From an uncultured Methanosarcinaceae archaeon (GTDB taxonomy: Archaea; Halobacteriota; Methanosarcinia; Methanosarcinales; Methanosarcinaceae), in contig CAVSHT010000012.1 in the NCBI GenBank assembly GCA_963727895.1, forward strand, positions 224,001-288,000: a stretch of DNA of 64,000 nucleotides, read 5' to 3'. Under the pieces are notes generated by a model, which was not told the DNA's origin, did no database searches, and saw only the letters and a list, made by a program, of their open reading frames with translations. Positions 44,875-56,629 of this stretch are shown here, one piece after another (positions within the stretch are counted from its first letter, which is position 1; each line of letters opens with the position of its first letter). A program made the translations under genes and the position numbers.

Positions 44875-45498
44875 ATGGCTCAAGACGTAAAACCAACTCG
44901 GTCGGAGCTGATTGAGCTCAAGAAAAAAATCAAGCTCTCTGAAAGTGGGCACAAGCTCCTTAAGATGAAGAGAGATGGTCTTATTCTTGAGTTCTTCAAG
45001 ATTCTTAACGAGGCAAGGAACGTCAGAACCGAACTGGACGCTGCCTATCTAAACGCTTCAGAAAAAATCAATCTTGCCTCTGCTGTAAATGGAATGGTTG
45101 CAGTCAAGTCAACCTCCTTTACAGCAAAGGAATCTCCCGAAATTCAGCTTTCAGGACACAATATCATGGGTGTTGTGGTGCCCAAGATCAGCTCTACAGG
45201 AGTCCGTAAATCTCTTACCGAGAGGGGTTACGGTATTATTGGGACAAATTCATATATTGATGAGACAGCAGACGCCTATGAGGATCTGGTGGAAAAAATC
45301 ATTACTGCAGCAGAGCTGGAAACGACAATGAAAAGGCTTCTTGATGAAATCGAGAAGACCAAGAGACGTGTAAACGCTCTCGAATTCAAAGTTATTCCGG
45401 ACCTCATTGCAACCATGAAGTACATTCGTTTTACTCTAGAAGAGATGGAAAGGGAAGGTACTTCTAGGCTGAAGAGAGTCAAGGAGAGAATGAAATAA
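44875..45498 (+). CDS. atpD: A1AO ATP synthase subunit D
   Basis: KPTRSEL, GHKLLKMKRD and KTKRRVNALE. Confidence 0.95.
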   Translation: MAQDVKPTRSELIELKKKIKLSESGHKLLKMKRDGLILEFFKILNEARNVRTELDAAYLNASEKINLASAVNGMVAVKSTSFTAKESPEIQLSGHNIMGVVVPKISSTGVRKSLTERGYGIIGTNSYIDETADAYEDLVEKIITAAELETTMKRLLDEIEKTKRRVNALEFKVIPDLIATMKYIRFTLEEMEREGTSRLKRVKERMK

Positions 45499-45514
45499 TC
45501 AAGCTTGATTTGAA

Positions 45515-45679
45515 ATGACTGCGTGTGATGATCAACCAAATCTGGTTGAAAGAGCAGTATTTAAGTTGGGTGAACCCAAAAACCAGGCCCGCCTGTTGCA
45601 GGTGGCCTGGAGGATTTCCCTTTTGATGATGGTTTTGGGTTTCATCATTATGATAAGAACAATTTCTCCTTATATGTGA
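45515..45679 (+). CDS. 54-aa single-TM protein at the end of the ATP synthase operon (ahaG-like)
   Basis: MTACDDQPNLVERAVFKLGEPKNQARLLQVAWRISLLMMVLGFIIMIRTISPYM begins 16 nt after the atpD stop. Confidence 0.7.
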   Translation: MTACDDQPNLVERAVFKLGEPKNQARLLQVAWRISLLMMVLGFIIMIRTISPYM

Positions 45680-47107
45680 CCTGAATTCAGGATAATTCTT
45701 ATCTGGGATACAGGCACAGATTTCTGTTTTATTTAATGTCTTCTCAGTTAAAGTGTGGCTTTTGTATCTGTTTTTTATAATTAGTGTTTTACTTTTTTAT
45801 TACTCTGGATTGAGGTTCAATACATTATATGCTTGAAAATTTTCTTAAATCAGTGTGTATTCATATAACCAGTTACTTTTTCGATTATACATAAAGGAAA
45901 CTTTGTAACGGTAAGTGTGAATTTTATCTGGTAATAAACAGAAAATTGGGTGAAGAATATTTTCCATCAAAATATAAAAATCCATTCAGGGCACAACTCG
46001 GTGACAATAGTTGCCTAAGTGGAATTAATTAGGGAGGAAGGATATTTCCGGTTCCGGATAATTGTGGCGTTTTACACAAAAACTTTATATGTCATTGACG
46101 GATCATCGAGGTTTGCTTGAAAGATCATCTCTTAAATAAAGATATAGTGTATTCTTTCAACCATGAGAACATCTACGTCTCAATGTTATAACAGAATTTC
46201 AAAAGAATCTTCCTCCTATAATATTCACAACAGATGTAGACTAACCTATCAAGATAATATATCTACTCTGTTTTAAAAAATATATACAACATCGTAAAAA
46301 ATAAGGACTGAATTGACTTTAAGATGATTAAAGGATCTGAATTTTGATAGCTTTCAAGTATTTTTCAAATAAATGAAAAATTCTGACATTTGTGGGGGAT
46401 TGAAAGGAAATGTTAACTTCACTTGTGTGCTTTCAAAAATGTACACTTTAAGCATCTTATTTTGTCTGCTTCAAATTTCCAGTAAAAAACAAATCTACTT
46501 GATGACCTCCATCGCTCAAAATAAAGCCCTCCAAGTATTTCACCATATGTAATTAAAAAGCCCCTCTAATTGAATAATTGCCTCCTATTTTTTGACCCCA
46601 TTGATTTGATTAACGAGGGGAAAAAAATAGTTCTCTTTTATAAAATCAATTTGCAGAGAAAATTGATATGACAATTATAAAATTACAGTAGTTCAAAAAT
46701 TAAGATCGGTGAAGGTATATGCAATTAAATATAACTGTGATCTGCAAGTGCATCCCGGAATACTAAAGGGAGTACATCTATCTAAACAAGTTCGAAAAAA
46801 AGATCCTTCAGTGCCAGAAAAGTGAAAATAGGTATATTAAAACTGGCATAACTCAAAAGCTCTTTGGAGAGAGCTTTAAAAAAGTGAAAAAGGATTGAAA
46901 ATTCAGCTTGTTGAATAAACCAGTACATCACCACAAAGTTATCCAATCCCCCTCAATGAAAAGAATTCGATCTGGAGGTTTTCGAATTCTTTGACATTGT
47001 ATTCAAGAAGTGTCCAGCAAAAAACAGCTTAGACTTCAGGGAGATGTAACTTGCAAGGTCAACGATCTGAGCAATCCGAGGCCTTTTTGCTAAATGGAGG
47101 TTAAAAT

Positions 47108-47885
47108 ATGTTGGATTTAAAACTGGAAGACATTGACGGCATATTAGTACGCTACAACGTCGCCCTCGAAAAGGAAATGACACCTGATGAAGCCGCAGAA
47201 GAGCTTTATCCCAAAGACGAACTCATCTACCCGGTTGCAAAAGCAATCTACGAGGGTGAAGAAGATGACGTAGTTGACGCACTTCAAGGCCGCAATCGAT
47301 GCAGGCAAGAAGCCAATCGATCTTATCGACGATGCCCTGATGGTAGGAATGGGAGTTGTAACCCAGCTCTACGATGATGGTATCATTTTCCTCCCGAACG
47401 TTATGATGTCCGCTGATGCTATGCTTGCAGGAATCGACTTCTGCAAGAGCCAGACAACTGAAGTTCCCGAACCAAAGGGTAAGGTTGTCTGCCATGTTGC
47501 AGAAGGTGACGTCCATGACATCGGAAAGAACATTGTTGCTGCCCTTCTGAGAGCAAATGGCTACGAGGTAATTGACCTTGGAAGAGATGTTCCTGTAGAC
47601 GAAGTAATCACTGCAGTTACAAAAGAGAAGCCAATGATGCTCACAGGTACTGCTCTTATGACAACCACCATGTATGCATTCAAGGAAGTTAACGACAAGC
47701 TCCTTGAAAAGGGAATAAAGATCCCATTCGCATGTGGTGGCGGTGCTGTGAACCAGGACTTCGTGTCTCAGTATGAACTTGGGGTTTATGGTGAAGAAGC
47801 TGCAGACGCCCCAAAGATTGCTGACGCAATCGTTGCAGGTAAGGCAGATATCACAGCATTAAGAGAGGAGTTCCACAAACACTGA
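47108..47885 (+). CDS. mtaC: Methanol corrinoid protein MtaC (mtaC2-type locus); +1 frameshift near 47283
   Basis: RYNVALEKEMTP N-terminus and GDVHDIGKNIV B12-binding motif; split over two frames. Confidence 0.92.
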
Positions 47886-47898
47886 GGAGGGAGCAAAA

Positions 47899-49286
47899 AT
47901 GGTAAAAAAATACACTTCAATGGCTTACGCTAACGCAGATGAACTGATTTTCGGGCAATCAAAATTCCCTGTAAAGGCAGGGCTTGGCCTTGAAATTGGT
48001 GCCGGTTACACGACTCCCGAAGTAAACTATGCCCCAAGACCTGGAGCCGGCGTATCCAAAGAAAAGCTCGTAAAGGAATACGAGAGAATTACCACTGACA
48101 TTATGGCAAGGATGGTCCAGATCGGAGCTCCCTCTGTTGTGCTTGAAACTGAACACGTTCAGCAGATGTCCAACAATCCTGAATGGGGAGGAGCTGTTGC
48201 ACATGCCCAGAAGACCATCATGGAAGAATACCATGATGAATATGGCATAAAATGTGCACTCCGCCATACAATTGGTGACATTCGTGAAGACCGAGACTAC
48301 CTCCAGCTCTGAGAGGCGACAAATACTCTGTCTTCCTTGAAGCTTTTGAGGAAGCTGCTAAGAATGGTGCAGACCTTCTTGCAGTTGAGTCAATGGGTGG
48401 TAAGGAAGTTTTCGACTATTCTATTCTGAGAAACGACACTGCAGGTATCCTCTTCGGAATCGGTGTTCTCGGCAGCATGGATATGGAAATGATCTGGAGT
48501 GACATTTCAGATATTGCAAAGAAGACCGGAACTGTATCTTCAGGTGATACTGACTGTGCCCAGGCAAACACTGCAATGTTCATTGCAGGCGGTCTGCTTG
48601 ACAAGAACCTTGCCCACACAACTGCAATCGTTGCAAGGGCAATCTCTGCAGCAAGATCTCTGTGTGCATATGAAGCCGGTGCAGTAGGCCCTGGAAAGGA
48701 CTGTGGGTACGAGAACAGCATCATAAAGGCCATTTCAGGTGTGCCAATAGCTCAGGAAGGTAAGACCTCAACCTGTGCTCACTCCGACCTGATGGGTAAC
48801 ATTGTTATGCAGTGCTGTGACCTCTGGTCCAACGAGTCTGTAGAGTATCACGGTGAATTCGGTGGTACAACTGTCCAGTGCTGGTCTGAAACCCTGGCAT
48901 ACGACTGTTCCATGATGAACGTTGCGCTTAAGACCGGAAAAGCAAAGGATCTCAGAGACATTCTCGTGCTCTCTGACAAATACAGAGACCCACAGGGTTA
49001 TGTGATTGCCTACGACAATGCCTACAAGGTAGGACAGGCAATCGCAAAAGACGGAACAAACAACTATCTCCGTGCAAAGAATGCAGCAATCGAATGTTGC
49101 AACATTGTCGAAGAAGGTGTCAACTCTGGCAAGCTCAGGCTTACAAGGTTCGAAACCAGTGCTCTTGCAAAGGTAAAGGCTGACCTCGTAGCTCTCACTG
49201 ATGATGCTGACCAGTTCATGAGCGATAACCTGACCAAGTTTAAGCAGGAAGTTGCAGTTTTCAAACCCGAAAACTATGGGCTCTAA
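47899..49286 (+). CDS. mtaB: Methanol:corrinoid methyltransferase MtaB; 2-nt insertion near 48308
   Basis: PEVNYAPRP, LETEHV, GDTDCA, KDCGYE and DLWSNESVEY. Confidence 0.92.
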
Positions 49287-49336
49287 GCCCTAAACTTCTT
49301 TTTTTTATTTTTTAAAACTGGCTTCAGGTGAAAACC

Positions 49337-49915
49337 ATGAGCGAAAACGTAGGAACTGTAATAGTTGACAAAACTGCAAATGCTGCGCCCCTTGGTTTTA
49401 CCGGCCTTGGTCTTGCAGCAGTTCTATTAAGTCTGAGCTACATAGGGATATATCCTGTAGAATCGATGATTGTTTCCATGGCAATATTTTTAGGCGGGTT
49501 TGCCCAGGTGTTTGCAGGAATTATGTCCTGGAAAAAAGGAGATATTTTTGCAGGAACTGCATTCTCAGCCTTTGGCCTGTTCTGGTTTTCGCTGGCTGGA
49601 CTGCTTGTTATGCCTGCAGTTGGCTGGGCTAAAGCTTCATCCGGAACTGCTATGGCCGCATATCTCTTTATCTGGGGTGTATATACCTTTGTTATGCTGA
49701 TTGTTACTATGAAAATTGGAATCCGTGCTCTTCAGTTTGTATTTGTTACGTTATTCTTATTGTTTATATTGCTAGCTGTTGTAAACGCAACCGGAAGTAC
49801 AGGGTTACTTGTAGTGGCTGGCTATGTAGGCCTTATTATGGGTCTTGGAGCTCTTTACACAGCTCTAGGCATGGTAATGAATGAAATCTACGGGAAAACT
49901 GTAATTCCACTATAA
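49337..49915 (+). CDS. SatP/GPR1/FUN34/YaaH acetate-uptake family channel
   Basis: ANAAPLGF, GGFAQ and FGLFW; six TM helices. Confidence 0.88.
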   Translation: MSENVGTVIVDKTANAAPLGFTGLGLAAVLLSLSYIGIYPVESMIVSMAIFLGGFAQVFAGIMSWKKGDIFAGTAFSAFGLFWFSLAGLLVMPAVGWAKASSGTAMAAYLFIWGVYTFVMLIVTMKIGIRALQFVFVTLFLLFILLAVVNATGSTGLLVVAGYVGLIMGLGALYTALGMVMNEIYGKTVIPL

Positions 49916-50318
49916 TAGTAAGTTAATCAGCTATAGTAAGTTAATCAGCATTTAATGAACAAAAATTTAATACCGGAAAAAAAATCTGTACCAACCTCGA
50001 GATCTGTATTAAATCAATAAATAACAACGAGAACAGATCAGTAAACCAAATAAATTAGGTAAGCACAGATCTCTAATCTGTGCTTTCTATTCCTCCTAAT
50101 ATTATTACATGAGTGACTAAATCTCTATGTTGTGATCGTTAGAGACAGAAAGGTACTCGAGGGCCTATTCAATTTTTAGGTATTACATTTTTATTTTAAT
50201 TGGCCTGTATAAAAAGATCTGCTAAACTCTTTTAAGAAAAAGCCTGACTTAAATCAAACTACATAAGATGTCCGCGTTATGAATAAATATTAGAAAACTT
50301 GTTTACGGTGAGCTTCAA

Positions 50319-51278
50319 ATGCAAGTGGGTAAAGAGCTTTACGCAACTCAAGATATTTCTTATACAAGGCTTACTTTGAGCTTTACACTCATGTTGTTCA
50401 AATTACTTGCTGGGCTTTTGGGAAACAGTACTTTGCTTATTGTTGATTCTATTCGTTCCTTCTCCGAATTTCTCAATGAATATGTAAAAATTCTGGATAT
50501 TTCTATTGCAAGCAAGCCTGGAGATAAAAGTCACAACTATGGACATGGAAAAATCACAACTCTCTGTATGGGAACAGGGGCTTTAATTCTTCTTATTGCA
50601 AGTTTTCGTGCAATTTTCTTGAGTTCTGAGGAATTGTTCATATTTTTACAGGGTAATGATCCAGATATCTATAAAATTATTGCATTCTATGCAGCGATTA
50701 TAGCTTTTGTGTTAAAAAATGCTGTGAATATCTTGGAAGGAATATTTAAATCACAGGCGAAAAATACTCCATTAAAGGTTCATATTTCTTCTAAAGACTT
50801 ATTAATGTCTGGATTTGTAATCCTTGGTACAGGGTGTACACTCCTGCCTATAAAAGGTTTTAATATAATAGATTATTTTGCTGCATTTCTGTTAAGCCTC
50901 TATCTTCTTTGGACGTCAGGCAGGCTTTTCTATCGAAACATAAACGAGTTGATAGAAGCTTCACTTGAAGAAGAAAATAACCTGAAAATCAGGGAGATTA
51001 TCAATAAAACTGAAAACGTTACAGGTTCTGGGGAACTTAAAACCCGCAGGATCGGGAAGGGGATAGCGATCAATGCCTGTGTCTACGTTAATAGTTCTCT
51101 TAATGTCTGCGAAGCTGCTGATATTGCAAACTTAGTAGAAGAGAGGCTCAAAACAGCTTTTTCAGAAGAAATCTATACACTTATAAAAATTGAACCCAAC
51201 TTTAGAAAGAACCAATCTTTCAAAAACAATAGTGGCTCTTTGGAAGAAGAAAGATGGAAAAGAGCAACGTTATTTTGA
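50319..51278 (+). CDS. Cation diffusion facilitator family protein (divergent)
   Basis: KPGDKSHNYGHGK and a C-terminal dimerisation domain (LKTRRIG). Confidence 0.8.
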   Translation: MQVGKELYATQDISYTRLTLSFTLMLFKLLAGLLGNSTLLIVDSIRSFSEFLNEYVKILDISIASKPGDKSHNYGHGKITTLCMGTGALILLIASFRAIFLSSEELFIFLQGNDPDIYKIIAFYAAIIAFVLKNAVNILEGIFKSQAKNTPLKVHISSKDLLMSGFVILGTGCTLLPIKGFNIIDYFAAFLLSLYLLWTSGRLFYRNINELIEASLEEENNLKIREIINKTENVTGSGELKTRRIGKGIAINACVYVNSSLNVCEAADIANLVEERLKTAFSEEIYTLIKIEPNFRKNQSFKNNSGSLEEERWKRATLF

Positions 51279-51597
51279 ATCAAAAAATATAGAAAAAATA
51301 ATATAATATGGCAATAAGAATGTGAAACACTTACCTGATAAACTAATAGTTAAGAAAATAGTTAACGATCTAATAGTTAAGGATATAGTCAAAGTATTGA
51401 TTTTAAGCCCTGTAACTATTCTTTTAACTAAACAGTGTTTAACAGCTGTTCATAATCCTATATACAGGTTTAAACTTACTGAATTACTGAATTCTAACAC
51501 TTAGTTTGCTAAAAAATATTATTATTCACTTTAATTCTCTCTAAATGAGTAATCTTGAAACCCTGAGAATTATATATAATCTCAAAAGAGGTTGAAA

Positions 51598-53607
51598 ATG
51601 TACTTCAGTCTTGGAATCGATGCAGGAGGTACGTATACTGATGCTGTTATCGTTAAAGATTCAGACGGATCTGTGGTCGAGTCCAGTAAAGCATTAACTA
51701 CTTATCCAGATCCGCTTCCTGGAATGAAAAACGCTATTGGCGTATTGAATCCTGAATTTCTTAGAGATATTAAGTTGGTATCTGTATCTACAACTCTGTC
51801 TACAAATACTATCCTGGAAAACACTGGTTTTCCTGTAGGGTTAATTATGGTAGGCGATTATGTAATTCCGGATGAACTCCCTACAGACTATTGGATATCA
51901 ATTTCAGGTGGGCATAACAGTGATGGTGAAGAGCTAAAAGCTCTTGACATTGATTCCGTAAAAGAATTTGCCTTCAGGGTAAAAGACAAGGTTTCAGCTT
52001 TTGCAGTTTCTTCTTATTTCAGCAACCGCAACTCTGAACACGAGCTTGCTGTCAAAAAAGCCGTAAAAGAACTTACAGGGCATCCTGTAGTTTGCGGGCA
52101 CGAGCTTTCCCAGGATCTTGGTGCCTATGAAAGAGCCATAACTGCGTTTCTTAATGCCCAATTAATTCCTATAACTCATAAGTTTATTCAGGCAATAGTT
52201 AAAGAATTCGAAATCCGCGGTATAAATGGAAACTTGCTGATGCTGAAGTGCGATGGGTCAGTAGTGGGAATTAAAGAAGCCCTGGAAAAACCCATTGAGA
52301 CGATATTCTCAGGACCTGCTGCAAGTCTTGTAGGTGCATCTCACCTGAGCAAGCTCAATACCTGTGTTATGATCGATGTTGGCGGCACGAGTACTGATGT
52401 GGCTATGATGGTAAATGGGCTTCCACAACTCAGTAGTTCAGGTGCCGTTGTTGGGGGCTGGCGAACCCGTGTAAAAGCTATCCGTATGGAGACCTCTGCA
52501 ACTGGTGGAGATAGTCATATCTGGCTAAAAGGAGACCGAATTTATATTGGCCCTCGTCGGGTAATTCCACTCTGTAGAGCTTCAGTTATATATCCCGGTT
52601 TCAAGGAAAAATTGAAGCAGAACAGGGTTGCAAAAGGGTATCTCTGTGAAAGCATCCAGGTAACAAAATTTTATGTCAGGACCGACTTCAGACCTATCGA
52701 ATTAAAATCTGGAGAGTGGGAAATCTACAGGCACATTGGAAAAGAACCTGTATCCTTTGGGGACCTACTCATAGCCCTGAAAAAACGTCCTTCTCCATCA
52801 ATGCTTGACTCATTAATCCAGAAAAGATTGATCCAGGCAATAGGCTTTACGCCTACTGATGCTCTGCATATGCTCGGGGAATATACCGAATGGGATGTCG
52901 AAGCTGCCAAAATTGGGGCTTCTATGCTTGGAAGAACACTCAAGCAGAGCCCTGAGACTTTCAGTGCGGAAGCAAAGCGCAGGGTTGCACGTAACATTGC
53001 TGAAGATCTGATTGCTTATCTTATAGAAGGAATGCCAAGGAACGAGATTGATAGGGTTCTTCTCGGAAGGAACTTTACCCGCTTTAGGGTTGAAATTCCT
53101 GTGGTGCTTCTTGGAGGGCCTGTAAAAGCATATGTTGAGGATCTGAGAAGCCTGATTAATGCAGATTTTATAGTTCCTGCGTATTCTGAAGTTGGCAACG
53201 CTGTTGGAGCTCTTGTTGGAAAAGGAATTAAAAGAGTAGAGATTCTTATCAAAACAAAAGTTATACCCAAGTCCTACGAAGGTGAAGCTAAGAGTACAGA
53301 TAATGAGATTCATGAGAAGTGTACTTCAGAAAATATCCTGCAGTATGAAACGAAAAACGAGTTTATTGTCTTTTCTCCAGCCGAAAGAACAAAGTTTGAA
53401 GTTTATAATGAAGCCGTTGAATACGCAGAAAATCATGGAAGACAGCTCATCATGGATTACATGGTTAGTGCAGGACTTCAAAAGGAGAAGATCAAAATAG
53501 ATGTTAGCAGAAGCAAACTGGCTCCAAGCGGCTGGACTGGAGTGCCACTAGAAACAAAATTTGTTTTCGTAGGTATAGGGATCCCGAAAACTACGATTAC
53601 GACTTGA
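51598..53607 (+). CDS. Hydantoinase/oxoprolinase family (ASKHA ATPase) protein 1
   Basis: LGIDAGGTYTD, FSGPAAS, DVGGTSTD and GNAVGA. Confidence 0.9.
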   Translation: MYFSLGIDAGGTYTDAVIVKDSDGSVVESSKALTTYPDPLPGMKNAIGVLNPEFLRDIKLVSVSTTLSTNTILENTGFPVGLIMVGDYVIPDELPTDYWISISGGHNSDGEELKALDIDSVKEFAFRVKDKVSAFAVSSYFSNRNSEHELAVKKAVKELTGHPVVCGHELSQDLGAYERAITAFLNAQLIPITHKFIQAIVKEFEIRGINGNLLMLKCDGSVVGIKEALEKPIETIFSGPAASLVGASHLSKLNTCVMIDVGGTSTDVAMMVNGLPQLSSSGAVVGGWRTRVKAIRMETSATGGDSHIWLKGDRIYIGPRRVIPLCRASVIYPGFKEKLKQNRVAKGYLCESIQVTKFYVRTDFRPIELKSGEWEIYRHIGKEPVSFGDLLIALKKRPSPSMLDSLIQKRLIQAIGFTPTDALHMLGEYTEWDVEAAKIGASMLGRTLKQSPETFSAEAKRRVARNIAEDLIAYLIEGMPRNEIDRVLLGRNFTRFRVEIPVVLLGGPVKAYVEDLRSLINADFIVPAYSEVGNAVGALVGKGIKRVEILIKTKVIPKSYEGEAKSTDNEIHEKCTSENILQYETKNEFIVFSPAERTKFEVYNEAVEYAENHGRQLIMDYMVSAGLQKEKIKIDVSRSKLAPSGWTGVPLETKFVFVGIGIPKTTITT

Positions 53608-53761
53608 AGGGTAAAGATAAATCTGGAATTAAATAAACGGATATTATAAGCAGGGATAAACATCCTGATAAATAATTTCGTAAATCTGGATAAAAAGAAT
53701 GTATAAAGTTAAAAAAGGATCTGAGTTGTATAATATAAAGTAAAAATGGGGCTGTTTTGAC

Positions 53762-55696
53762 ATGCAATATAGTCTGGGTATTGACGCAGGCGGAACCTAT
53801 ACAGATGCTGTAATTTTAAGAGATTCGGACAGTCGGATCCTTGATACCAGCAAAGCAGTTACTACCTATCCGGACCTCATGGTCGGAATTCGAAATGCAA
53901 TTGACAAACTTAGTCCAGAGTATCTCAGCAAAATAAAATTGGTATCGGTCTCTACAACTCTGTCAACAAATACCATTCTCGAAAAAACAGGATATCCTGT
54001 TGGCCTTATATTGGTAGGAGATTATACTGTTCCAAAGAAACTTCCCGCAGATTATTGTATTACTGTAGGAGGTGGACATAACAGCAATGGAGATGAACTG
54101 CAGCCTTTGGACATTACAGCCGTTGAGCAGTTTGCAATAAGTCTCAAAAAGAAAGTTTCTGCATTTGCGGTATCTTCGTATTTCAGTACAAGAAATCCTG
54201 AGCATGAAATTAAAGTTAAGCAGATAATTCTTAAATTGACAGGACATCCGGTAGTTTGTGGACATGAACTTTCTCAGGATCTTGGAGCTTACGAACGGGC
54301 AGCCACAGCCGTCTTAAATGCCCAGCTAATTCCGATCACTTATCAATTTATTCATTCAATTACGATCGAAATAAAGGAAAGAAATCTTGATGCGAAAAGT
54401 TCTTATGCTGAAATGTGACGGTTCAGTTATAGATATAAAAGGTGCAAAATTACGTCCCTATTGAAACCATATTTTCAGGACCTGCAGCAAGTATTATGGG
54501 AGCTTCTCACCTTTCAGGACTGGATACCTGCGCTGTAATTGATGTTAGGAGGGACGAGCACAGATGTCTCCATAATAAAAAAAGGAGTCCCTGAGCTTTG
54601 TGAGAAAGGAGCAGTTGTAGGGGGCTGGCAAACCCGCGTAAAGGCAATAAGAATGGAGAGTTCGGCAAATGGAGGAGACAGCCATGTATGGTTTAAGAAA
54701 TGCATTCGAGGATAGGCCCTAGAAGAGTTATGCCCCTCTGCTTTGCTGCTGTACAGTATCCTAATTTCAAGGAAAAACTGGAAAAAAACCCAGTGCCCCT
54801 GAGAACCATGCTTAATGAGCATATTCAGCCCACCAAGTTCTTTGTCAGTACTGGAGTAGAACCTATTAATCCCACAGAAAGCGAGAAAAAATTACTTGAA
54901 TATATAAAAGACGAACCTCTTTCTATCCACGAGATATTAAATAAAATGAAGCGGTTCCCCTCTCCAGCAGTCCTTAATTCACTGATTCAGCAGCGTGCTA
55001 TCCAGGCTATAGGCTTCACACCGACTGATGCTCTGCATGTGCTTGGGGAATATACCGAATGGGATGTGGAAGCTGCCCAGATAGGAGCCAAAAAGCTTTC
55101 GCGTTTCACTCAAATGGGAGTTCATGCCTTTTGCAAAAAAGTAAAGCAGCAGGTTGCAAAAAATATGGCTTATAGCCTGATGTCCTTTATCATGGAAGGT
55201 AGGGGAAAAGAAGGGATAAAGAAAATGCTGGAGGAAGAAGTTCCTGCCCAGTACAAATTAAATATTCCTATAGTCCTGCTCGGAGGTCCTGTAAAGGCTT
55301 ATTATGAAGAGATCAAGACTCTCATTGATGCAGAGGTTATAGTTCCTGACCAGGCCAGTGTAGGAAATGCAGTTGGAGCCCTCGTAGGAAAAGGAATTAA
55401 AAGAGTTGAGATAATTATTAGGCCATCCTCAATGGAAAATCCGGATCAGGACTTTCTGGTATTTACCCCTACAGGAAGAAAAAAGTTTGAGCAATACAGA
55501 ACGGCAGTAGAATTTTCCCATAAAACTGGTGAAGAACTCATATCTGAATTCAATGAAAGATTTTGGACTTCCGGAAGGCTCAATAAAAATAAACACAAGC
55601 ATAGAATACCTTTCTCCAGTTGGCTGGAAACAGACGCCAATGGAGACAAAATTAATTTTTGTAGGGATCTGTACCCCTGGTATTTCAACCAATTAA
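53762..55696 (+). CDS. Hydantoinase/oxoprolinase family protein 2, broken by about 5 insertion frameshifts
   Basis: Paralogue of the upstream gene along its whole length; frame breaks near 54395, 54457, 54547, 54707 and 55552. Confidence 0.85.
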
Positions 55697-55842
55697 AAGT
55701 AAGAATATTAACCAGACAAAAGGTTATTTAACAAAGCCGGAGAAATGCTCAATTTGAATATAAATCAGCCAAGAACACCAGCCTGCCGGAAAGAAGGATC
55801 AGCGGCAATTGCAAGATACTAAATAACAGGAAGTAAGAGAAT

Positions 55843-56629
55843 ATGGATTCTTCACTTATTGATCTTGTTTTCCGCTCCGATAAAAGGAAAAACCTTCTTA
55901 TATTGCTGGACAGTGGCTCAAAAAATATTGATGAGATCAGGAATGCACTTGATGTTACATCTACCTCGATCCTTCCCCAGATAAAGAAATTGATAGATCA
56001 CGATCTTATTGTCCAGGAAGACAGGATGTATAAACTCACAGTCCTGGGAGAGTTTATAATCAAGAAAATAAAGCCCTTGATAAGTGCTCTTGAGGTAGTG
56101 GAAAAAAATAACTCTTACTGGACAGGCCACGACCTGAATGCAGTCCCACGTTATCTGCTGGAACGAATATCCGAACTAGGAGATTGTATTTTTATAGAGC
56201 CCGACCTGAACCATATCTATGAGCCTTCTCCTAGGAATTATTGACAGTATGAGCAATGCAAAGCATGTTTCAACTTTTGCTTCTTATTTCAACCCTGCCT
56301 ATCTTCCTCTGTATCTTGAGCTCGGCAGAAAGGATGCCGAACTTTCCCTTAATTTTAATCAGGCCGTCTGGGAACATCTTTCAAACGAGCACTCAAATAT
56401 GATAAATGAATTAATGAGTATGGATAATGTAAGTCTGTATGTTTCCAAAGAGGGAACTAAACTTTCTGAGGTTACTGTAACTGATACAATAATGCTTCTG
56501 GGACTTTTTGATAAAAAAGGGAAATTTGACCAGCAATTCGTTATGAGTTCTGAATCCAGTGCACTTTTATGGGGTCAGGAGCTATTTGATTATTTCAAAA
56601 GGCTCTCCAGACAGGTAAATAAGATATGA
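55843..56629 (+). CDS. msrD: ArsR-type wHTH + DUF1724 regulator (MsrD-like by position); frameshift near 56232
   Basis: FRSDKRKNLLILL..ILPQIKKL and ALLWGQELFDYF; gene order after mtaCB matches the M. acetivorans mtaCB2 locus as I recall it. Confidence 0.7.

Noticed and set aside
41874..44915. Many antisense and alternative-frame ORFs over atpA and atpB
   Set aside because: Shadow ORFs of strongly codon-biased genes
47270..48320. Programmed frameshifting in mtaC and mtaB
   Set aside because: No slippery heptamers; the breaks belong to a regional cluster of random insertions
49915..49949. 18-bp tandem duplication after the SatP-family gene
   Set aside because: Only two copies; looks like a simple slippage duplication
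54700..54720. TAG in hydantoinase-2 as a possible pyrrolysine codon
   Set aside because: Similarity to the paralogue (IGPRRV) continues in another frame, so this is a frameshift and not read-through
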